NCBI GenBank assembly: GCA_965242725.1
Contig: CBDESZ010000001.1
Coordinates: 32,001 to 96,000, forward strand
Direction: 5' to 3'
DNA: 64,000 nucleotides
Origin: Alkalispirochaeta sp.
Lineage (GTDB): Bacteria; Spirochaetota; Spirochaetia; DSM-27196; Alkalispirochaetaceae
The notes beneath the pieces are model-generated. The model was not told where the DNA came from, ran no database searches, and saw only the letters and a list, made by a program, of their open reading frames with translations. Positions 49,026 through 58,499 of the stretch are shown one piece after another; positions within the stretch are counted from its first letter, which is position 1; each line of letters begins with the position of its first letter. The position numbers and the translations under genes were made by a program.

Positions 49026-50140
49026 GAGAACACGCTCTTTTTGAGCCGCGCGACACCGGCCCCGATCGTCACGACGGAAAAGACGGCGAGAAAGACCACG
49101 TCCCGCCAGAAAACCGCAACTCCCGCACCTTTGAGCATGATAGATCGCAACGCCGACAGATAATAACGGGCAGGTACGAGATGGGTAACAATCCGAATCG
49201 GGAGAGGCATATTCTCTATGGGAAAGACAAAACCCGAGAGAATAAATGAAGGGAGAAACGTCGAAAGTATGGCGATGAGAAATGCCACCTGCTGTGTCTC
49301 CGCGATGGAGGAGATGAAAAGACCCAGGCCGAGACAGGCAAAGAGAAAGAGCAGAGTCACCCCCGAGAGCCAGGCGATGCTTCCGGCAATGGCCACATCG
49401 AAAAGAGCGTAACTGGCGCCAAAAACCGATGCGGCAATCACGGCGGATATGACGAGATACGGCAGGGTCTTGCCGATAAGAAGGTCCATCGGTCGCAGGG
49501 GTGACGCGGCAATCTGTTCCAGCGTTCCCAGTTCCTTTTCCCGTACCACCGAAAGCGCCGTGGAGATTACCGCGGTGACGACGAGGATAAAAGCTACCAA
49601 CCCCGGCACGAGGAACTGGTTGCTCTCAAGTTCAGGGTTGAACCAGACCCGCGGTCGGAAATCCAACGGCAGGATTTCGGTTGTCGTCACGCCGAGGCGT
49701 GCCTCGGAAATCCGCCGGGCGTAATCTCCGACCACCGCCTGCATATACCCAAGGAGGGCGGACCCGACGGTACCGTTGGTTCCGTCGATGATGAGCTGCA
49801 CGTCGACGGCGTCACCTCGTAAGAGATCACGGGAAAATCCACGGGGAATCACAAGGGCGCCCTGGATCCGCTCCTCCTGCAGCAATGTCTCAAGCTCTCC
49901 CGGATCCTCGGGATATGCCACAAGATCGAAGTAGTCACTGTGGGTAAATCCGGAAATAAGTTCCCTGCTCTGTCGTGAGTGATCACCGTCAACGATCGCG
50001 ATGGGTGCGTCGGTGACGTCGAGACTGATGGCGTACCCAAACATGATCAGGAGGAACAGGGGCACAAACAGCAGGACACCGAGGGTCCGATAATCCCTGA
50101 CGATCTGACGAAGCTCTTTTTTTACGACGGCACGAATCAT
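49022..50140 (-). CDS. ABC-2 exporter permease (YbhS-like)
   Basis: Motifs KELRQIVRD, WFNPELES and EKELGTLEQ. Confidence 0.92.
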   Translation of the reverse strand: MIRAVVKKELRQIVRDYRTLGVLLFVPLFLLIMFGYAISLDVTDAPIAIVDGDHSRQSRELISGFTHSDYFDLVAYPEDPGELETLLQEERIQGALVIPRGFSRDLLRGDAVDVQLIIDGTNGTVGSALLGYMQAVVGDYARRISEARLGVTTTEILPLDFRPRVWFNPELESNQFLVPGLVAFILVVTAVISTALSVVREKELGTLEQIAASPLRPMDLLIGKTLPYLVISAVIAASVFGASYALFDVAIAGSIAWLSGVTLLFLFACLGLGLFISSIAETQQVAFLIAILSTFLPSFILSGFVFPIENMPLPIRIVTHLVPARYYLSALRSIMLKGAGVAVFWRDVVFLAVFSVVTIGAGVARLKKSVFS

Positions 50141-51084
50141 TGCTGTCCGGCCTTTTCCCCCGCACGGGAGATGACGTGAATAAAGACATCCTCGAGGGAG
50201 GGCAGAATCGGTTCAATTCGTTCAAAGGAAATGCCGCCCCCGTTCAGTGCCGCGGCGATACGCTCCTTTGTCTCCTCGTCGGGGAGTGAGGTTCCTACAT
50301 GGACCGTTCTTCCAAACAATGAACACTCATCGACCCAGTACTCCTTCTGCAATACCTCCAGAGCGTCCGTAACGGCCCGGCAGGTGACCCGCCACATCGT
50401 CTCCGGGATCTCCTCGTTTTTCAACCTGGAGGGACTCCCCAGGGCGACAATCCGACCGGCGTGCATGAGGCTCACCTCATTGCAGTATTCCGCCTCGTCG
50501 AGGTAGTGCGTCGTGACAAGGACCGTCACACCCTGGTCGGCAAACTCGTTGATGAGATTCCAGAACTCCCGGCGTGAGAGGGGATCCACGCCGCCGGTGG
50601 GTTCGTCGAGAAAAACGATGCGCGGCTCGTGGAGTACCGCACACCCCAGGGCGAGACGCTGCCGCCATCCTCCGGACAGATGGGCGGCGAGGGTATTCTC
50701 CCTGTCCCGGAGCCCCGCCATCTCGAGAACCCACTCCTTCCGTTCCTGAAGACGCCGCCGGGACAGGCCGTAGACCCCGCCGAAAAAGGATATATTCTCC
50801 GCCACCGTCAAATCGCGGTAAAGGGAGAACTCCTGGGACATGTAGCCGATGCTTTCCTTGATCTCCTCAGGTTCCCTGTTGATGTCGTAGCCGGCAACCT
50901 TCCCCTCTCCGGCGGTTGACCGCAGGAGACCGCAGAGCATCCGGATCGTCGTGGACTTTCCCGCGCCGTTTGCCCCGAGGAGACCGAAAATCGTTCCTTC
51001 CTCGACGGCGAGGGAAATGGCGTCTACCGCGGTAAAGGTACCGAAGGTGCGGGTCAGACCGGTCGCCTCAATGGCAAGACTCAT
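50137..51084 (-). CDS. ABC exporter ATP-binding protein (YbhF C-half-like)
   Basis: Motifs GANGAGKS, LSGGWRQRL and LDEPTGGVDP. Confidence 0.93.
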   Translation of the reverse strand: MSLAIEATGLTRTFGTFTAVDAISLAVEEGTIFGLLGANGAGKSTTIRMLCGLLRSTAGEGKVAGYDINREPEEIKESIGYMSQEFSLYRDLTVAENISFFGGVYGLSRRRLQERKEWVLEMAGLRDRENTLAAHLSGGWRQRLALGCAVLHEPRIVFLDEPTGGVDPLSRREFWNLINEFADQGVTVLVTTHYLDEAEYCNEVSLMHAGRIVALGSPSRLKNEEIPETMWRVTCRAVTDALEVLQKEYWVDECSLFGRTVHVGTSLPDEETKERIAAALNGGGISFERIEPILPSLEDVFIHVISRAGEKAGQQ

Positions 51085-52025
51085 CGGTTCCGGACCTCCG
51101 TCGCCCGGTCCCCGGTAATGAGGGAAATGAACAGGTTTTCGAGGGTTGGCGGACGCTCCCTGACGGAACTCACCGGCACACCGGTCCGGGTAAAAAGCTC
51201 CCGAATGTCCTGCTCCGCGTCGGTGTCGGCGTCAAATCGAAGATGGAGCTTATCGCCCTGGGTCTGAATCTCAAGGAGATGCGGGAGTCCCTCCTCCCGG
51301 ACAACTGCCCGGGCGCGCCGGGAGGAAGGCGTTACGACTTCAAAAAGGCGACCCGGAACCTGCCGGACGATCTCCTCGGGTGCTCCCGACGTAAGGAATC
51401 GTCCGCGATCAAGAAGCCCGACCCGGTCGCACCGCTCCGCCTCATCAAGATAGGGGGTGGCAAAAATGATGGTGAGCCCCTCGTGAAGGAGCTCCCCCAG
51501 AATCACCCAGAAATCCCGCCGGGAGACGGGATCGACCCCCGTCGTCGGTTCATCGAGAAGAATGAGTTCCGGCCGGTGCACGAGGGCGCATGCGAGGGCA
51601 AGTTTCTTCTTCATGCCGCCGGATAGCGCACCGGCCGGCCGGTTTCGAAACGGACTCAACCGGGTGAACTCCAGAAGCTCATCCCGCCGACGCTCAAACG
51701 TTGTTACACCGTAAATCTCCGCGAAGAAAGCGATATTTTCGTCCACCGACAGATCGCGATAGAGCGAGAATCCCTGGGAGAGATAGCCGATGCGTCGCTT
51801 CAGCTGCCTCGTCTTTCCGGGCAGCACATGTCCAAGGACCTCCACACGACCCGTGTCATGGGGAAGAACCGCCGCGAGTATCCGTAACAGCGTCGTCTTT
51901 CCGGCGCCGTCGGGACCGACGAGGGCAAACATTTCGCCGGCATGCACCGATAGGTCGATCTCCCGAAGCGCGTGCAGGGATTCAAAGGACTTACTCACAC
52001 CTTCCAGCCGCACCGCCGCGGTCAT
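51081..52025 (-). CDS. ABC exporter ATP-binding protein (YbhF N-half-like)
   Basis: Motifs GPDGAGKT, LSGGMKKKL and LDEPTTGVDP. Confidence 0.93.
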   Translation of the reverse strand: MTAAVRLEGVSKSFESLHALREIDLSVHAGEMFALVGPDGAGKTTLLRILAAVLPHDTGRVEVLGHVLPGKTRQLKRRIGYLSQGFSLYRDLSVDENIAFFAEIYGVTTFERRRDELLEFTRLSPFRNRPAGALSGGMKKKLALACALVHRPELILLDEPTTGVDPVSRRDFWVILGELLHEGLTIIFATPYLDEAERCDRVGLLDRGRFLTSGAPEEIVRQVPGRLFEVVTPSSRRARAVVREEGLPHLLEIQTQGDKLHLRFDADTDAEQDIRELFTRTGVPVSSVRERPPTLENLFISLITGDRATEVRNR

Positions 52026-53005
52026 GGAGATTCCTCCATGACAATACGCGCGTCCGCGGGCATGCCGATCTTGAATATCCCCTCGGTGTTATCCAGGGTG
52101 ATCTCGACGGCAAAGACGAGTTGTGCCCGGGCGTCCCGGGTCTGAACGTTTTTCGGGGTGAACTCCGCTTCCTCGGCAATGCGCGAGACCCGGCCGGCAA
52201 AGGAACGGTTCGGCATGCCGTCGAGGGAAACTACCGCCTCCGCGCCGAGGGAGAATCGACTGAGCATCGGTTGGGGAACGTAAATGGTGAGATAGACCGA
52301 GGAAAGGTCGGCGATTGTGAAAAGAGGGGTACCCGGCGCGACGTACTCCCCCGCTTCACGGGCCCGTGTTGTGACGACGCCATCCATCGGAGACCGCACC
52401 ACCGCATCATCCGCCCGTTCCTCCAGCAGCTGGATGCCCGCTTCCGCCTCCGCGACCCGTGCCCGGGCACTTCGAATCTCCTCGGGCCGGGTAATACTCC
52501 GTACCTTTGCGAGTTGTGCCTCCGCCGCGGCAACGCGGGATGTCGCCTGCCTGAACTCCGTCTCAAGCCGGTCACGTTCACTCTCCGTCGCACTTCCCGC
52601 ATCATACAACCGCCGGACCCGCTCATACGATTTCCGGGCGAGATCGAGTGCGATTCGGGCCTGTGCAAGCTGCTCTTCAGCCTGCATGATATCTTCCCGC
52701 CGCGCCCCTGCTGTGAGCAGATCGAGCTGTGCCCGTGCCATTTCAACACGCTGGCGCTGCTGTTCCAGCTGGAGGCGTATGTCCGTTGTGTCAATCTCGG
52801 CCAGGACGCTCCCCGCATCGACGCGGTCACCTTCATCGACATGCACCGAAAGAAGTTCCCCCTGAACCCGGGCGGAAACGGTCACCTCCGTCGCTTCCAC
52901 CGTCCCGGAGCCGGTTACACCGTCAGCTTCATCGCTGCAGGCGGAAAGGATCAGGAGCACCGCCGCCACGACCGCAGATAGAGCCGCTACCCTGTTCCTA
53001 CTCAT
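52022..53005 (-). CDS. HlyD-family membrane fusion lipoprotein (YbhG-like)
   Basis: Lipobox LSAC, SGTVEA, coiled coil, AEFTPKNVQT and GMPAD. Confidence 0.92.
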   Translation of the reverse strand: MSRNRVAALSAVVAAVLLILSACSDEADGVTGSGTVEATEVTVSARVQGELLSVHVDEGDRVDAGSVLAEIDTTDIRLQLEQQRQRVEMARAQLDLLTAGARREDIMQAEEQLAQARIALDLARKSYERVRRLYDAGSATESERDRLETEFRQATSRVAAAEAQLAKVRSITRPEEIRSARARVAEAEAGIQLLEERADDAVVRSPMDGVVTTRAREAGEYVAPGTPLFTIADLSSVYLTIYVPQPMLSRFSLGAEAVVSLDGMPNRSFAGRVSRIAEEAEFTPKNVQTRDARAQLVFAVEITLDNTEGIFKIGMPADARIVMEESP

Positions 53006-53642
53006 GGCCGTTTCCCGTTACCCCCGCGGCGGCATGCGTTGCTTCCAGACGGGACCATCCCTCGGGGGTGAGAACTCCCCGGGTAATGAGCATACCCATG
53101 TGCTGAATTACCTTCTCCGGGTTCATTTCGGTGTGAACGAAATTGTCGGGAATCAGGAGATTGTTCGCGACGGTCGCGATAATCGATACCAGGAGTCTCG
53201 GATCAATCTCCGGGCGGACCGTCCCCTCCTCTTTGCCCCGGAGAATGACCTTTTCAAGGCGCGAGAAGACCCGTTCGTGGCGGAATCGCTCAATTTCCTC
53301 CCACACAGCGGGAGCGTAGCGGGAAAGGTCCGACAGAAATGGCCGCCCCAGGGTGCCAACCATCCTGGTCGCAATCCGTAATTGCGCACCGAGGCGCTCA
53401 ATGAATCCCCGGTTCCCGTCGTCAAATACCTCCGCAAGCTCCCGTTCCACCGCCCGAAGCTGCTGCAGCACGACGGCCCGCACAATCTCTTCCTTGCTTC
53501 GAAACTCCCGGTACAGCGTCTTCTTGCTGATTCCCAGCTCCCGGGACAGCTCTTCCGTAGAGATACGGCTGAATCCCTCGGTGAAGAATCTGGGTCCCGC
53601 ATATCGTATGACCCGGGCCCGCAACTGACTTTCTTTTTCCAT
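52998..53642 (-). CDS. TetR/AcrR family regulator
   Basis: HTH F..EGF..IS.EEL..ELGISKKTLY..F.SKEE. Confidence 0.9.
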   Translation of the reverse strand: MEKESQLRARVIRYAGPRFFTEGFSRISTEELSRELGISKKTLYREFRSKEEIVRAVVLQQLRAVERELAEVFDDGNRGFIERLGAQLRIATRMVGTLGRPFLSDLSRYAPAVWEEIERFRHERVFSRLEKVILRGKEEGTVRPEIDPRLLVSIIATVANNLLIPDNFVHTEMNPEKVIQHMGMLITRGVLTPEGWSRLEATHAAAGVTGNGHE

Positions 53643-53661
53643 TGTCGCTCCAGTCTACCAG

Positions 53662-53689
53662 GGAAACTAATGTAGTATTATAAGTTTCC
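53662..53689. promoter_or_regulatory. Candidate TetR operator
   Basis: Inverted repeat GGAAACT-N14-AGTTTCC, 20 bp upstream of the TetR start. Confidence 0.7.
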
Positions 53690-53725
53690 AAATTCAGGAT
53701 ACGACCGGATTACCACTCGGGTCAA

Positions 53726-54938
53726 CTATTCCGTCGTGAAACGGGATAAACGGCGCGAAAGATCGGTTACAACCTGATCCAGGACGCTTCCCGCTTCTAT
53801 GAGCCCCTCTGACCCGTTCACAATCTCCGATACACGTCCGTCAATCTCCGAGAGGCCCTGTTTGGTCTGACCCGACACGTTCTGCAGTTGTGTATTTCCG
53901 TCGATGACCCGTTTCACCTCCTCCACAAGGGCGCGAAAGGTCGTCGAGACATCGTGAATCGCCTCCCTCAAGCGGACGGTGGCCTTTGTGATATCATCGC
54001 CGCCTGCGCTCATCTCTCTTATGCTCGCGCCGATTCCTGACAGTGCTTCTCCCGTAGATTGCGCTTCGGCCGTAATGGTATCAAAGACCGCGGCAGATGC
54101 GTTCATTCTGGTCGAACTCTCCGTAATAGAGACGGATATCTTTTTCACCGTTGTATTGATGTGGCGGGACGATACGGCGGCCCGTTCCGCCAGCTTTCGT
54201 ATCTCCTCGGCGACGACGGCAAAACCACGCCCCCTCTCACCGGCGTGAGCCGCCTCAATGGCTGCGTTCATGGACAGCATGATTTGTCCGGGCAGCGATT
54301 TCATGTATCACACCGTTCATCTCTTTTATGGAGGACAAATCCTGTACCGCGGCGGTTATCGCTTCATCTCTGTGGATGGGAAGGGCCGCGGTGAGGGAAA
54401 TCACATCTCTATCTGTGACATCGTATTGGACGGGTTCTGAAAGATACGGTTGCGCCGTGGCCAAAGGCATACGGTACCACGATTGGTTCCGGTAGTCGTT
54501 CAGCGGCGCGATCTCCAGGGAATTACCGTCGGTTCGATACAGGTACGACGCAAAGTGCCCCCGCTCGGTATAGGGTGAAACGCCGGCGAAGGTTCGGTCT
54601 GCCCCGTCGTAGGCGTTTGGCTCCCAGGCGACCCAGACACCGAGCACACGTTGCTGATCGGCGACGGCACTACCCATTATCTCCAGAACTTCCGACCGGG
54701 AAGCCCCGCGTTCGGCGAGATCGACAACAATACCGCGGATCATCTCCACGACGGCATAGGCGTTTTCCGGAACCCGCAGATAACTCTGAACCCCGTAGGC
54801 GTGAATCCAGTTGATCTGTTGTTCCAGCTCGTCGGACAACAAACGCTGTGTTCGTATCGTATTAATCGTCGCGTAAAGACCTATGATCGAGAAAATCATA
54901 ATCAGGATCGGCAGGATTACTTTGGTGCGTAGTTTCAA
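53726..54938 (-). pseudogene. MCP pseudogene (internal deletion plus frameshift)
   Basis: TM1 and Cache (WEPNAYDG, WY..P, SEP..Y) run directly into the signalling tip (IHEIAARTN). A frame change near 54280 then continues as [31 protein letters not shown]. Confidence 0.85.
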
Positions 54939-54959
54939 CGCGCTACTCCTGTAAGGACA

Positions 54960-55769
54960 CTAGTTCCGGCGCTGTATTACTTTCTCGTTGGAGGGAAAGA
55001 TCTGTGCCGCCCGGGAGAATGCATCGTCCGACTGGTCGACGGCGCCGAGTTCCCGGTGTATATCCGATAAGAGGATCAATGCCTCAAATTGAACAACTTC
55101 CTCAACGGAGCGACGGGCTATTTCCACGTGTTCAAGCGCTTTGGCTGCGTCTCCGCCCAGCGCTGTCGGGGCGTTCAGATAATACCGGGCAAGGGAAATA
55201 TTGACCCTTCCGTCAATGGGGTCCAACGCAACAGCCTCGGTCAGGAGGCGGCGCACATCGCGTATGATCCGCATCCCATACAACTTTCCTTTGTACTCTC
55301 CCCGGGCGATGTACGCATCCGCAAGGAGTCTGGGGACCTCCGAAGTTTCGATTCCCTCATCGATGAGACGTTCCATGTCATCTATAACGGATACGAACTT
55401 TTCTTCCGCCTGCTCATTGTCACCTCGGTCATATGCAACTTGTCCCTGGAGATACTCAATCGAGGCGATGAGAAACGTGATTTCGACGTCCGTCATTCCC
55501 TCGTCAGCCTCCATGGAGGAACAGGCGAGCAGTCGGTTTCTGTAGGACTCCAGCGTTGATGCTACCGTCTCGAGTGATTCCCTGTTCTGATACACCATGG
55601 TATATGCCGCATCAACAAGAGGCGCACAGTTGGTTTCCGCGGCAGCCACATTGTCCGCGCCGCTCCAGGCAGTGAGAAAGATGACGGCAAGGACGAGGCG
55701 ATCCGAACCCCCTCCTTTGAAGATCCTCCAAATCGACATGTTCCGTGCCGTCTGCTGCAAACATTTCAT
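54960..55769 (-). CDS. Exported TPR-like helical repeat protein
   Basis: AAGGAG RBS, N-terminal hydrophobic segment, and TPR-like units (EAVALDP, YYLNAP..LGGD..KA, AAQIFP.N). Confidence 0.7.
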   Translation of the reverse strand: MKCLQQTARNMSIWRIFKGGGSDRLVLAVIFLTAWSGADNVAAAETNCAPLVDAAYTMVYQNRESLETVASTLESYRNRLLACSSMEADEGMTDVEITFLIASIEYLQGQVAYDRGDNEQAEEKFVSVIDDMERLIDEGIETSEVPRLLADAYIARGEYKGKLYGMRIIRDVRRLLTEAVALDPIDGRVNISLARYYLNAPTALGGDAAKALEHVEIARRSVEEVVQFEALILLSDIHRELGAVDQSDDAFSRAAQIFPSNEKVIQRRN

Positions 55770-55789
55770 AGCTAGTCTCCTTTCGTGTG

Positions 55790-55833
55790 AAAAAAACCCG
55801 GCTCCGGAATGTGGGGACAGGTCCGGAACCGGG
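55790..55833 (-). terminator. Intrinsic terminator after the OMP gene
   Basis: Minus strand CCCGGTTCCGGA-loop-TCCGGAGCCGGG-T7. Confidence 0.8.
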
Positions 55834-55927
55834 CAGCATATGAACGCGTCGTCCGCGTTTTGACCTTTTTCTCATCCGGCAGGCGGTGGACTACCGGATA
55901 TCACTCATTCCCGTCGGCCGGATCGTA

Positions 55928-57085
55928 TTACACTCCGCCCCAACTGTGGGTGAAGCGAAAGAACACGCCGCCGTCCTGATTGGCACCGAGGGCGTTGATC
56001 GCACCGGCTCCGTAGCCGTCGGAGAACCAGTACCCTGTCTTGAAATTGCTTGCTCCAATGTCCAATGACGCCCCGACTTCTCCGCCGGCAAGTCCGTCGA
56101 TATTCTCAGCAGCAACATCGACCGCTTCATAATCGGTGAAATCGAATGCAACGCCGCCGTAGACGCCGATGTCCCGACTAACCTGATACCCGGCGTCAAA
56201 ACCGAGGATCGCAAAACCGTATGCTCCATTGGTATCGTCCTCGACGCCGCCCTTGTAGGAGACACCGAGATCCGCTCCGGCGATACCAAACCTGGCGGAG
56301 GCGCCCCAGACGGCCTGTTCCGGCTCGACGGAACCGACTGTTTCTTCGGACGCCGTATAGTCATCCGCCTCGGCGAGATTCCGGACAAAACTGCCGCCGA
56401 GGTCGACCGACATTCCCGCATCGGCCAGTCCCGGAACAAACTCGGCAAGAACGATCTTTGAGGTCACACCGACGGCACCACCGGATGTGCGGTTTGTGGT
56501 GTAGTTTGCCGCCACGTGTATACCGGATATCGCGGTTGACGCTTCCACGAGGAGATCGGGAATATCGTCTTCGCCCTGGGCGTTGTCCCATCCCCACGCC
56601 GTCTTTACCGTCACCATCTCGGCGAACCCGACGGTCACCTCGGAGATCCACGCGTCGTCGATCGTCACCTCTTCCGAATCGGTAACTTCATCGAAACCGT
56701 AACGGGTGCCCGCGGAATATATTGCACCGTTTGAGTCGTCGTATCCGTTACGCCAGTTGAAAATCACACCGAAGTCGCTCAATCCCAGATACTTTGCCAC
56801 ATCGGTCGTCATATACGCCTCGTCAAGCAGAACCGGATTGTCACCGCCTTCCGGCGCATCACCGTAGTACTCCATCAGGATCTTGAAGGTGTTGTACTCG
56901 TCGGTATTTCCGGTGAAGTAAATATCCGCCCAGTCAAGAACATCGTCGTACTGTGATTCATCAGGATTCGCGGTAAATCCCCACGTTACGTGTCCTCCTG
57001 CCTTCAATGTCGGTTTCACGTCCTGGGAGAACGCCGTTCCCCCCATCATGACCAACGCCAGTCCCAGCATGAACATTCGCTTCAT
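55928..57085 (-). CDS. Probable outer-membrane beta-barrel/porin-like protein (Msp-like N-terminus)
   Basis: GAGGAGG RBS, signal peptide (..TAFS|Q), LKAGGHVTWGF start, and many amphipathic strands with aromatic ends separated by acidic loops. Confidence 0.65.
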   Translation of the reverse strand: MKRMFMLGLALVMMGGTAFSQDVKPTLKAGGHVTWGFTANPDESQYDDVLDWADIYFTGNTDEYNTFKILMEYYGDAPEGGDNPVLLDEAYMTTDVAKYLGLSDFGVIFNWRNGYDDSNGAIYSAGTRYGFDEVTDSEEVTIDDAWISEVTVGFAEMVTVKTAWGWDNAQGEDDIPDLLVEASTAISGIHVAANYTTNRTSGGAVGVTSKIVLAEFVPGLADAGMSVDLGGSFVRNLAEADDYTASEETVGSVEPEQAVWGASARFGIAGADLGVSYKGGVEDDTNGAYGFAILGFDAGYQVSRDIGVYGGVAFDFTDYEAVDVAAENIDGLAGGEVGASLDIGASNFKTGYWFSDGYGAGAINALGANQDGGVFFRFTHSWGGV

Positions 57086-57320
57086 TCTTCGTTCCTCCTC
57101 GAATGATATGGAGCGCGGATATGCCTTCCGTCTCGCTCCGTGTTGTTGAGACGATTATCGATTTGGTACATGAACCCGACCTGAAGGCGAACTGTAAAGA
57201 ATCTGATCTGCCCTACAGGGATAAACCATTTCCCCCACAGCGGCGATTCAGGCGCACCGGATATCCTGATTTCAATCAAAGAAACCCGATTGGAAGACCC
57301 TGTCGGGAAGGAGAAACGGA

Positions 57321-57719
57321 ATGGATCGAAAACTGAGTCAAAGACTGTTTATCGGATTGGCACTGACGGTAACCGTCGTCGGTATGGCGGGCGCGATAAC
57401 GCCGAAGGCAAAAAATGCGCCAAACGCGGTTGCAGTGCCCCCACCGGAGAGAATGATCTCCTACTTCGAAGAACTCGGGGTGGACATGTCCACGTTCCGG
57501 GTGACAGGCGACGTGAACGACGCGGCGGCCGAACAGATGTATCAACTCTATGTCGTCGAAGATCAGCAGGGAGATCGCGTCCATAGCGGTCGGATTAACG
57601 GCATCGCCATGGCAGCCCTTGCGGCAGAGTATTCGGAGGTACAGGCACCGGTCTATATCGAGTTCGGACCTCTGTACTGGGGGAGCTGGCGGGAAAAGGA
57701 CGGCTTGTCTGACGATTAA
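57321..57719 (+). CDS. Hypothetical exported or membrane-anchored protein
   Basis: AAGGAG RBS, N-terminal basic plus hydrophobic segment, natural composition; no family recognised. Confidence 0.7.
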   Translation: MDRKLSQRLFIGLALTVTVVGMAGAITPKAKNAPNAVAVPPPERMISYFEELGVDMSTFRVTGDVNDAAAEQMYQLYVVEDQQGDRVHSGRINGIAMAALAAEYSEVQAPVYIEFGPLYWGSWREKDGLSDD

Positions 57720-57759
57720 ACCACATCATGGAACAACCCGACGCCGTAGCGGCGCCGGG

Positions 57760-58485
57760 TTAGTTTTCCGCTTCGGTGCGGCGTTCTCCGAGAAATTGAT
57801 ATCCAAACCCCCGGACCGTTTCAATCCACGGGAGATCGCCAAGTTTCTTGCGCAGGTTTTTTATATGGGCATCCAAAGAGCGCAAATAGGGAGCGGCATC
57901 GTCATACCCCATCGACTCATGGATAATTGATTCCCGGGCGCAAATGGCACCGGCCCGGTATGCCAGGTAATGGAGCAGACGCCATTCCGTTTCGGTCAGC
58001 CGAATATGCTCATCGTTTAAAAATGCTTTATGCATGTCATCGTCGATAACGAGACACCCATTGCCAAGCGTCCACATTCCGTGGTCGGGGATGTAGCCCC
58101 GTTCGGCTCGCTGCAGGGCGAGGAGACGATCAATTCGCAATGCAATCTCCCGGACAGGAAGGCTGTTTTCTATGATCGCCGTCGCGCCGTTCCTGAGAAC
58201 CGTCAATCGATCCAACTCGCCCAGCGGCGCCGTAACCAGGACCACCGGTTCATCGGTTTCCAAATCGATCCGACGGACTATCTCCAGAAGGTGTTTATTG
58301 TGTAACCGATCGGCGACGATGACGATGCAGCCGCCGGTACGAGCGGTGAGTTCCTGTTCATTCGTCGAAAAAAGTTCTCCCGCCGAGGAGGCGGTTTCCA
58401 CCCGGTACCCGAGGCGGGTCAGCTCCCGTTTGATACGAAAGCTGTGATGAACGTCAAGGAGCAGAAGCTTGAGTGATATTGCCAT
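57760..58485 (-). CDS. OmpR/PhoB family regulator with degenerate receiver domain
   Basis: Clear winged helix (LTETEWRLL, RSLDAHIKNLRKKL, IETVRGFGY). The receiver lacks the acidic pair and the conserved Lys. Confidence 0.85.
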   Translation of the reverse strand: MAISLKLLLLDVHHSFRIKRELTRLGYRVETASSAGELFSTNEQELTARTGGCIVIVADRLHNKHLLEIVRRIDLETDEPVVLVTAPLGELDRLTVLRNGATAIIENSLPVREIALRIDRLLALQRAERGYIPDHGMWTLGNGCLVIDDDMHKAFLNDEHIRLTETEWRLLHYLAYRAGAICARESIIHESMGYDDAAPYLRSLDAHIKNLRKKLGDLPWIETVRGFGYQFLGERRTEAEN

Positions 58486-58499
58486 TATTCGTCGTTCCT

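Noticed and set aside
51701..52981. 426-aa plus-strand ORF
   Set aside because: Antisense to the ABC ATPase and HlyD genes; Arg-rich, non-protein-like composition.
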